Both the position numbers and the translations under genes were made by a program. Below are positions 51,738 to 64,000 of a stretch of DNA of 64,000 nucleotides, piece after piece. The DNA is taken from NCBI GenBank assembly GCA_000182565.2, contig KQ257451.1. One strand, written 5' to 3'. Position 1 is the stretch's first letter. The number at the start of each line of letters is the position of its first letter. The DNA comes from Spizellomyces punctatus DAOM BR117 (taxonomy: Eukaryota). The notes beneath the pieces are model-generated. The model was not told the DNA's origin, ran no database searches, and saw only the letters and a list, made by a program, of their open reading frames with translations.

Positions 51738-54700
51738 ATGACATCTCTTGCGGTGCATCGCAGAAAGGTTGCGGTTACCTATGGAGGACGCAGTCGTCGG
51801 CGCCCGCAAAGCGCATCTTGGTCGGAACTTGAGCTGCACTCTCAGGAGGAGGAGGAGCGCAGTGCCGGGCAGTCGGACATTGGAGATAAATCGCAATTGA
51901 GTCATAGCGATGAAGCCGTGGATCCCTTCGCGTTTGTGGTTGAAGATGAGGCGGACGAGGATATCGAGACAGATGGCGAGGATACTGTGCAGTTGAGCCA
52001 AAAATCCGCCATTAAGACGCAGAGACGGCAAGCTTCCGCAATGCGTAGAATGCCTTCGCCACCTCGTTCAAAGGTTGAGTCGTCACGGACAAGGAACACC
52101 CAAAAGGATGCGGACAGGGCGGCTGGGAAAGCGATCCTCGGAGGGTCTGTATCATCTCCGAAACTCAAGCGTAGAGGTTCCACTGGTGAGACAGGAACAA
52201 GGCAACCTTTTGCTGGGTCAATAGAAGCAAATTCGGAACGAGAGATTCCCAAGGCGGGCACATCGGACATAGCTAGTGTCCCACGAACTTCTGCTTTTGA
52301 TGCTAGATCTCTTGACTCGCCCTTAAAGCAAAGATTGGTTGACACTCCTATAAATGCCGAAGGAAAGGGCCTGTGCAATACAGATGACGTGGGCCTGTTC
52401 GACTTTGTCTCTGACAATGAAACACCTTCGCCCGCAAGAGTCGTGAGATCTGTCATGGCGAAGAGGAAGCTCTGTGAGAACGCTCCAGTTTCACCTACAC
52501 AGAAGAGAGCCAATCAAGCAACGTCACTGAAAGGGAGAAATAGATCTGATGCAGCAATGTGGAACACCAATCCTGGAGACGTAGCAACCACTATCTCAAG
52601 TCCATCTACGCCAACCAGAGGGAGGATTTTCCGCATGAAAAGTGCGGATGGAACATCACCGTCGGATGCGATACGAACTTTTGGTTCGACATCCAGCGAT
52701 ACTGCAATAACCATACTCGAACGACCGGCGCAATCGACTACAATGGACGTCGATGACCCGCCTTCGCCGACGAGGGTTACCTCCAAAGCCGAATGCTTTG
52801 GGTCACTAAGAGTAGCGCCTGTACGATCAAAAACTGTCCTGGATGATTTGGATGAGATCCTTTCGGCGGTCGGAAGCTGCACCAACTCCACTCTTCGGCA
52901 CCAGCGTGAAGCAGTCGCTACGCAATCTACAGTAATGGACGCGGCTACCAGCACTGCATCTCCCCGAGCACGGAATCGAATTGGACGAATGAAAAGTGCA
53001 GGGGGTGGATCGGACGACCCCTTTTCCGAGCGGATGGACCTATTTGGCCAAAACCTGCAGAGGTGCTCATCACAGGACGGTGATGAGCGGATGAAAGCAC
53101 TTCGTACAGGCACAAGCAAGGATGATACTCCTGTCCAGTCAAACACTGATTCTACAGCCATGACTAACGTCGACGACACGTTCACGATGAGCTCTGAACT
53201 AGAGCTTGATGAGGTTGATGCATTTTTCGCGTCCGACAAGAGCACTGCACCACTTCAGCAAAGCGGACGCAGTTCAACTGCTCCTGTAATTAATTCATCC
53301 TCAAGCTCTTCTGTCATTGAGCCGCCAACACCTCTGGTGCGCCACGCCGTGGGCATCACGTACGCTCGAACACGCAGCTATCTGGAGACCCACGAGGACG
53401 TTTATGCTCCAAAGTATATCTCAGAGTCCCAGAGGAGGAGGGATGAGGGCCTTGAAAGCAGTAGTGACGAGGAAGACCAGGTCAAAATCTTATTTTGTTG
53501 ACCTGCAAAGATAATTTTTCCGGGACTCATATTGGTTACGCGCAGGATCGACGGGAAGTTAAAAGCATTCACGAATTACGTGAAGCTGGGGAAGCAAAGA
53601 GATTTGCAGATCATATGGAGTATACCTTGGACGGCTTCAGAGAGGATCAACCACTTGGTGTAAGACGAAGCAGGTGAGCTGCGCTATATGAATTCACACT
53701 TGCGCTTGCAAGCCGACTGATTTGATTACTTAGCGCATTGGAGCTTGCGAAGAAGGTGCTCTCTGGAAAGTTTACATTAAAAATGCGAGCACTCGGGTTT
53801 ATATCTAGGTTTTATGAATTGGTGCATTTGGTCGAGGACCCTGTGAGTGATCTGTGCATCGTCTCTACTCCTCTGATACCTTAGCTAAAGGTACAATAGC
53901 TTCTGGTAGCTATGATATCCTTCATAATGTGTGCACTTCTGCAAGACCGCCGTAATCTGGAGCAACTCGTTGGCGAAAAAGATCTGGTCGATTTCATGGC
54001 TAAAGCTATGCAACTGATCCCTGATCCACTGATCGGGACGCCTAGAAGCAAGTACGAGAAGAGGCTGGTGTGTTACGAAGGAGCAGGCCTTATGACACGC
54101 CGGAGCGTTGAACAGACATCGATAACGCAACCTGCAACTTCATAGGTGTCCGAGATCAAGCACATCATTGAAGCCTCTAACTTCTTGAAGTGCTATGGCG
54201 ACAAGGTAGGAATGATCTACAGAACATTTGGCCAGGCTTTAGATTGTCGACCGATTGCATTGTAGGTTACTACTCGATACATCGCACTTCAATCTTTGTC
54301 GGCCATTGCATCCTTCAGACCACGCACGATGCCTTTTATTCAGCAGCGACTTCGGGCTACCGGGGCACTGGATATTGTACTACGGACACTTCATACTGGA
54401 GTAGCGGCGATGAATCAGGCTCTTTCAGATGCTACACATCAGCGAACACAGGTTTCTGCGGCCTTTTTCTGTTAGCACTTGGTATGCTGGTTCTCAAAAG
54501 GCTTTCGGTACCGCAGGGGAGGATGGCCTTACTTGTCTCAAAATATCAGCCAAACTCTTCGATCATGCATATCAACCTCCTTTGTCTCAGTATTGTGGAA
54601 TTCTCTACTTTGGTATGTCGGGAAAACCTCGCCTATATCGTAGAAACGGAAGGCTGCGTGAATGATTTGATGCAAATTGTTGCGTGGAGCTCTGGTGCGT

Positions 54701-55783
54701 AACCATCATCGGCACAGTGAAGGCTGAGGCCCAAGCATTCATGCTCTTGCAATCCCTCTAGCAATTGCTCGGTCATGTGAAGAGTTCTGCTACCCTGGTA
54801 AGACTCAGCACCACCGATTTCATTCGCGCTAGGATATTGAAACTATTGCCTTGTGCACCACCCTAGGTTCAAAAATTCTCGCGGCAACCTTTTCTGTGCT
54901 CGTGAATTTAACCAATGATCACGAAGGTTGCTCTGATCTTATTGGAGAGGGGGAGTGGTTAGGTGCAGCGGCCCGGTGCGCCATTGTGCCAAATCCCTTG
55001 CTAACTGGAAAAGAAGCACAGAGTGATTCTCAGCCGCCCGTCGATTCAAACGGGACACAAAAGAAGTCAAGCAGGCCGTTACACCTCCATGAGGAGTCAC
55101 ACGACGACGAGAGTAAGGCAGACGCAGAGGAGAAGGCAAAGTTGACGAATTTCGATATCATGCTCCTGGGAGTCGCCTTTATGATCAACGTTGTTGAGAG
55201 AAACACTAAAAACCAGGATAGGATTCGCTCCCTTGGTGAGGCATTATGAAAAAAAAAATTGTTAACGTCCCTCCGAGGCTCAAGGACTTCCCACCGTTTG
55301 TAGAGTTGAGTTTACAATGCCCAGGAGATGAATGCCTATGTACGTGTCAATGCGCAGACCGACAGAGCACTGTCGCGTGCGTTGCGGATGTTGTGAATGA
55401 ACGCCTCGAAGCCGAGAGTGAGGTACTTTTTATCATTGTTTGGTCTCGTCTGAAACTTTCCACCTAATGGTGCTGAATTACGACATGCAAAGCAAGCAAC
55501 CCATGAAATTCTCACCGCTCAGCTTACAATGCTCTTGGGGCTTCTCATTAAAGCTCATCCGAGCAACAGATCACTGGCCTTGACGCACATGAAAAAGCAT
55601 GATCAGTCATTCGAAACGGCGATTGCACTGTTAGAGAATTTCGCAGGTTGGTATGATGCAATGTTGACAGCTTCGGAAAACAGTGTGGAAGGAGCTGGCG
55701 TCGATATTGAAATGTATGGAGCCAGAGAGGCCGGACGTGCGGTTAAGGAAATCGTTGAAGTTTTTAAAGGTCAAAAACTGTAG
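51738..55783 (+). CDS. WAPL: Cohesin release factor WAPL (Wpl1/Rad61)
   Basis: Long disordered N-terminus with TYGGR and TYARTRSYL, then KSIHELREAGEAKRF...VLVNLTNDH...INVVE helical WAPL domain. Confidence 0.85.
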
Positions 55784-55898
55784 AAATTGTGGTGGTGAAG
55801 CGACTTATTCTGTAGATACTTTTGATTGTTATTATTGCCTGTTACTATTGAGCTGCCTCCGACCAAAATTTGTAATTGCATGGCTCAAAGACCCATTT

Positions 55899-56660
55899 TT
55901 ACCATTTCCCTCCCCACTCCTCGCCTTGGCTTTCTCCCCAGCGTAGTTCCTTCATAGTCTCGCGTTTTGCCGCTCTGCATCCGCTTTTATCCGCGTTGGT
56001 TTTGGGCTTGGCACCGCTCGGCTGGGCTGGTTCAGGAGGGTCGGTCTGCTCGACTCCCTCTTTCTGTTTCTTGGTCTCTTTACTTTTTTGCTTGGGGAGG
56101 AACCAGTCATTGGAATCCCAACCGTCCTTATTACTGCTGACTTCCTTTTTTTCTTCACCCCATCCAACGCCCCCAATATGAGTTTTTTGGAGCTCGGCAG
56201 CCAGATAGTCCATTATACGAACGTTTTTTCCGCGTTTTTTCAAGTGGCCTTCGCCTTCGCGTTTCTCCTTCCAAGTATAATGCAGTATGGCAAGATCAGG
56301 AGCGTTGGTACCAATCTCTGCGCATTCGGCAATATCCGGACGCAGCGAAGTGTCAGTGAGCTCGGCTTCTTTGACACATGCCATGCAACGCCTTTTATCG
56401 TTCATCCGCCTTTGGCGGCGTGAAAAATGGTCCCAAGGAAGTATGCGCTCACAGATGCTACATTCAATCTCCTCTTGAAACCCTGGGGGTGGAGACGCAT
56501 CCGGTTGATCTGGAAAGAAACGTGGAAACTTGGTTTAATTATAGTTGCAAGTTGAGCATTGAGCGAGTTACCAACCGGCTAGCTTCTTGAGCTGTCCTTT
56601 TTGTTGGACGACTCCTGCGGACGGTTGGTACCGTGTCCACTGTACTTTGTCCTTTTCCAT
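55899..56660 (-). CDS. Small protein with one Stc1-like C4 zinc finger; 2 exons
   Basis: Exons 56660-56576 and 56509-55899 splice in frame. CSICERILPWDHFSRRQRRMNDKRRCMAC fits CxxC-x7-FS-xx-Q-x8-CxxC. Confidence 0.65.
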
Positions 56661-57320
56661 TGACGCTGTCAAACTACCCAGAGACCTGTCAAAAAGTCGA
56701 GCAAAGATTGTGCAGAGCAGGCAAAAGAGTGCTGTCTTCCAGTATCTTCCTTGACCTCTAGTAGGGAGACTTTTATGCGGGTATGTCACGTCATGCGGCT
56801 GTCACCGTATCAAAAAAGAACAAGGGCAGAGGAGAAACGGGGTTGCTGCCACGATCGGGCTGTTGGGTAAGCGTCGTTCACGTGATTGGAGCCAAACCTT
56901 TGGGCCTTCGAATGACACGCAAGTGGCAAAGTTCTGCTCGCTTACTTAACTGCTGGAGACATTCCTTGTTTTGATTTCTGCGTGACGATCCCCATTAAAT
57001 ACCAAAGGTCAGATAGCCACATTTTTCATGAGGGATTGTTGCATATGGGGATCGCGCTATTAATAGTCATAACAAGCGTGCGAGTGTCCCTAGATCGCAT
57101 GCTCGCATCTTCTAATAAATGGAGCCTAACTTGATATCCCTTCAGATCGTTCAAAACTCCGCTCAACCTACCTGCCCTTAACGCACAAGAACAACGTCAC
57201 ATCTTGGTAAGCTGCACAGCAGCGTCGTTTTGCGTGCTCTATTTACAAACCTCTCATATCTTTTCTCGCGGACTTAAATAGAAGCTCAATTTGATACCCA
57301 TTCTGTAGTGTGTCGTCAAT

Positions 57321-58877
57321 ATGCCTCGTGAGATTATCTCGATCCAAACTGGACAGTGTGGTAACCAAATCGGTTCAAAATTCTGGGAAGTCATCAGCGA
57401 TGAGCATTGCATACTTCCCAACGGTCAATATAACGGAGATACCGATCTCCAGCTTGAGCGCATCAGTGTGTACTTTAACGAAGCTAATGGTGGAAGATAT
57501 GTGCCAAGGTCTGTCATGGTCGACCTTGAACCAGGCACCATGGATTCAGCCCGGGCAGGTCCGTTTGGAGAACTATTTCGTCCAGACAACTTTGTGTTTG
57601 GTCAATCTGGAGCTGGGAATAACTGGGCGAAAGGTTATTACACGGAAGGAGCAGAATTGGTGGAATCCGTGCTTGACATTGTACGGAAGGAATCGGAGGG
57701 ATGTGACTCTTTGCAAGGATTCCAAATGGTCCATTCTCTTGGAGGTGGAACGGGCTCTGGACTGGGTTCCTTATTGGTATCAAAGGTAAACTGGTCATCA
57801 AATGTTTGGAAGCTATGCAGAGTGGCTCACGTTTCCATCCCGCAAAATCAACTATTAGATTCGTGAAGAGTACCCTGATCGAATGATGTGCACGTTTTCC
57901 GTGGTGCCTTCGCCCAAGGTTTCGGACACAGTTGTAGAGCCATATAATGCGACCTTGTCCGTTCACCAACTCGTCGAAAATTCAGATCTCACCTTCTGCA
58001 TCGACAATGAGGCCCTCTATGACATTTGTCTTCGCACTCTGAAGATCACTGCGCCCAATTATGGTGACTTGAATCATCTGGTCTCTGCAGTTATGTCCGG
58101 CATAACGACCTGTCTTCGCTTTCCTGGTCAGCTCAATGCAGATCTTCGCAAACTGGCCGTAAACATGGTGCCATTTCCTCGCTTACACTTCTTCACCGTC
58201 GGTTTTGCCCCTCTGACTGCACGAGGTTCTCAAGCCTTCAGGGCGCTCACAGTCCCTGAGCTCACCGCACAATTATTTGATGCAAAGAACATGATGGCGG
58301 CTTGCGATCCTCGTCATGGAAGGTATCTGACAGTTTCCACGATTTTCAGGGGAAAAGTTAGTACCAAGGAAGTGGAGCAACAAATGTACAACATGCAGAG
58401 CCGAAACAGCAGCTACTTTGTCGAATGGATTCCAAACAACATCAAGACAGCAAGTATGTACTTTTGTGATATTTTATTAACATTTCAAATTGAACGAATA
58501 CTCATCGTCTTCACTGTGCTACAGTCTGTGATATTCCACCACGAGGAATGAAAATGTCTGCAACCTTCATTGGAAACACCACTTCCATTCAGGAACTCTT
58601 CAAACGGATCCACACACAATTCAGCGCCATGTTCAAGCGGAAAGCGTTCTTGCATTGGTACACTGGCGAAGGGATGGACGAAATGGAGTTTACAGAAGCG
58701 GAAAGCAACATGGCGGACCTCGTTTCAGAATATCAGCAATATCAAGATGCGGCTGCTGAAGAAGACGGTGAAGACTTGGAGACAGATGAGACCTTGGATG
58801 ATATTGCAATGAACGCTGCGGAAAAGAAACTTGCTACTCGTTCTTCCATAGTTGCCCCTATCCCCTCAGAATACTAA
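57321..58877 (+). CDS. Divergent beta-tubulin (2 coding introns; probable 5'UTR intron ~57207-57308)
   Basis: [68 protein letters not shown]. Confidence 0.95.
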
Positions 58878-59134
58878 TAACACATGATAGACGTAGTCAT
58901 GTCACCTAGTTACTCGCAGCTTACTTTAGACAGAAATAAGAGCTGAGAAGTAATTAGACAGCATTATAGGAGTATTAACTCCTTCTTTTTCTCTTTCCGC
59001 CTAATGCTGTTTGTTAGGTATAAGAAACAAATACACATTTATGCCAACTAGAATACAGTGTACTACGGGAAAACCGTAACGTGAATGGCTCTAATCAACA
59101 CAGCACTGTGACTGAAGAAATAGCGATACATGCG

Positions 59135-59881
59135 CTAGCCACAAGCACTATCCGTCTTCTCATCCTTTTCTCTAGAATCCGCGTTCACCTGCAGGTTGGC
59201 ATCCGATCCTATGTCTTCATCCCTGGTAGTGAACCTGTCATTTATCGTCATCACTTCGTCAGCAAATCTGACACGATGCACCAGTGATGCCGCTTCTGGC
59301 GTCTCCTCGTTTGCATCCTTGCAGGCAACTCCAGGGAGGTCATCAGGTTCAAAAGGCTCACGGAAGACTGCTGTTGCATCTGATGGTTCTTTACGGTGTC
59401 GTTTTCCAGACTTGGTATGATGGCTGACCATTTCGTGCGGTATGTCATTGTGGAGACTTGTGTACATGCCATTTCGGGAAGGCCCAACGGGGGTGTGTTC
59501 CTCGTCTTCCCCTCCTCGCGTCGCAAGCTGCATATCGCCTGCTCTGATGAATGATGCTGTGTAGCCGGCAATATAATTCATTGACGAGTCACTCCCATAT
59601 CCTACAGCGTAATCCTCCTCTGGATTCAAGGTATCGACAATGTACCCTCTTCCACCATTCGCTCGCCGAAACCAGGGAAGGTGCCAGCCGTAGTAGCGCC
59701 ATAATACCGACACAAGAATCACGACTATAGCGATGGCGGCAACAATTATCCCTATCGTCCATTTGTCCACAGTTAAGTCTGTTTCGGAGTCCTCAGTGAA
59801 TGTATCGGTTCGAGAGATAAGCTCGAGTCCTCTTACAGTGTTTTTTCTGGTAGTGATAGATTGGCGCAATGATATATCCAT
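59135..59881 (-). CDS. Hypothetical single-pass membrane protein
   Basis: 248-aa ORF with hydrophobic WTIGIIVAAIAIVVILVSVLW followed by basic residues and an acidic disordered tail. Confidence 0.6.
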   Translation of the reverse strand: MDISLRQSITTRKNTVRGLELISRTDTFTEDSETDLTVDKWTIGIIVAAIAIVVILVSVLWRYYGWHLPWFRRANGGRGYIVDTLNPEEDYAVGYGSDSSMNYIAGYTASFIRAGDMQLATRGGEDEEHTPVGPSRNGMYTSLHNDIPHEMVSHHTKSGKRHRKEPSDATAVFREPFEPDDLPGVACKDANEETPEAASLVHRVRFADEVMTINDRFTTRDEDIGSDANLQVNADSREKDEKTDSACG

Positions 59882-60357
59882 TTTTAGTCGTAGGGTGAAC
59901 TATGTCGTACCTCTGCCTGGAGGGAGCGGAGTTGCTTACGTTGCATAGCGTGACCACTAACCATGACTGACGGAGATGCTCAATTGGGTGTATATCACAG
60001 TCAAGAAGCATGTATACTCTATGTCCCTCCCGTTCCTCTGTCGGGTAGAACTGCTGGCCTGCGCATTTCAGCTCTCTGCCGTGAGTTCTTGGCCAATAAT
60101 GATTATAACATGTCCTTGTTATCCAAGTTCCTCACCCTTTCAAACGCAATTACAATTAACTTCATATCAAAATGAAGATGATGCTAAGTGGGCCTGTTTT
60201 ATCTTATGGTCCACTCCTACAATAATCTGATATAGATGGTCCGTCAGACCTTCCATTTGGATGACCATAAAGTTTGCACCCATCGGAGAATTGTGTGTCG
60301 ATTTCACATTTTGATATATGATACATTCAGAGCAACAAGTTAAGTTTATGCAATTAC

Positions 60358-62995
<2,638 letters not shown>

Positions 62996-63752
62996 TTTAC
63001 AAAGTGGTCTGCCGAGGCTTGTTTGTCAAAAGCATAGCCATCGTCTCGGTAATCGTAAAGCAGACCCTCCGCCCACTCGCTCGATGCCAAGTGTTCCAAC
63101 GGTATGTTACTAATCAGCAAACAATCACTGAGTTACGTAGGCTATTTTTAGGTATGGTACCTTATTTGCGGGTTTCCCTAAGGATACATTCTGGTTTACA
63201 AAGAGTACCCTGATTTATCGGAGATACAAACCATATTCTCACGGAAAATGCCCGAACATTCCGTTCCAGCCCGCCCTACAACAAAGAACGCTTATCTCCG
63301 ATTACCCCAAGCACGATCTTATTCAGGACGAACAACAGACAACGCCAAGTGGCAGCAGGCATCTATAATGTTCATGCAGTCAATCAAATCGTTAATCATG
63401 CTTTTCACACTCGGCCATCGTGCATAGCGCATTTTGGGTCAATAAAAAGAGGTCCCTCCTTCCCTCCTGCATTCTTATCTTCATCCATTTTTCCAAGCAC
63501 GCAAAATGCTGCTGCTTTGGTGCCAAGGAACACATCCTCCGATATCGACAAGAACCGCGGTCTGTCCGACTTCTGTAACCTTCCCAGCCTTCTCCCACTT
63601 CGGACGTCCAGGTCACTGCCAAGATGTGGGACCCAGGAATGACTTTAACGAGACAATCGGGATCATGGAAATACTACCTGGTAGAAGACCGCATTTATTG
63701 TCATAGCCCTTAACTGCTTTACTGGAAGATCCCTCGTCGCCAGTTGGCTGTG

Positions 63753-64000
63753 TTATGATGCCCACGGCAGACAGTTTTCAGATCTCGCACATTCCCGTCG
63801 AAACCATCTTGTATCACAGCTAATTCGCCATCTTGCTGGTTGGACGACATTATTTGATGACATATGCAATGTATCTAAGCCGATAATGCACACGTCCCCC
63901 ATTTGCACATCAGCCGAGACCCATTGTATATCATCCCGGACCATTCCAAATTTGACGTGAATTTCCTCTGGGTTGTCTGCAATCCACCCACTCTGAGTAC
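63753..64000 (-). CDS. 3' end of a phytanoyl-CoA dioxygenase (PhyH)-like Fe/2OG enzyme (partial)
   Basis: WVSADVQMGDVCIIGLDTLHMSSNN...RISCDTRW contains the distal His and the 2OG-binding Arg. Open to the window edge. Confidence 0.75.
   Translation of the reverse strand, partial: TQSGWIADNPEEIHVKFGMVRDDIQWVSADVQMGDVCIIGLDTLHMSSNNVVQPARWRISCDTRWFRRECARSENCLPWAS

Overview
Gene-dense, intron-rich eukaryotic DNA with short (~50-90 nt) introns, about 28 protein-coding genes and one 100-N gap. Fungal-type housekeeping genes together with the axonemal gene CFAP43 suggest a zoosporic (chytrid-type) fungus; this is an inference. Genes in order: ankyrin protein, AP-3 mu, MED8, CFAP43, RRP6, ABC1/ADCK kinase, orphan, peroxisomal ABCD, DUF4359-like micro-exon gene, NDUFB8, IleRS, TERT (~26 introns, catalytic Asp triad intact), ATG27, candidate small secreted peptide, PPG1, ALG11, LARP7/Pof8-like La-RRM-xRRM protein, bHLH factor, AVT transporter, PPR protein, makorin, WAPL, Stc1-like zinc finger, divergent beta-tubulin, single-TM protein, MARK/Kin1 kinase and a partial PhyH dioxygenase. 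Main leads: (1) a Pof8/p65-like gene ~7.3 kb from TERT; (2) a beta-tubulin with a gamma-like MPREI start, H6S and E198L; (3) three small spliced genes that the ORF track misses or truncates. I found no telomerase RNA template, mobile element, CRISPR array or tRNA/rRNA. All exon models were built by eye and need RNA-seq confirmation.
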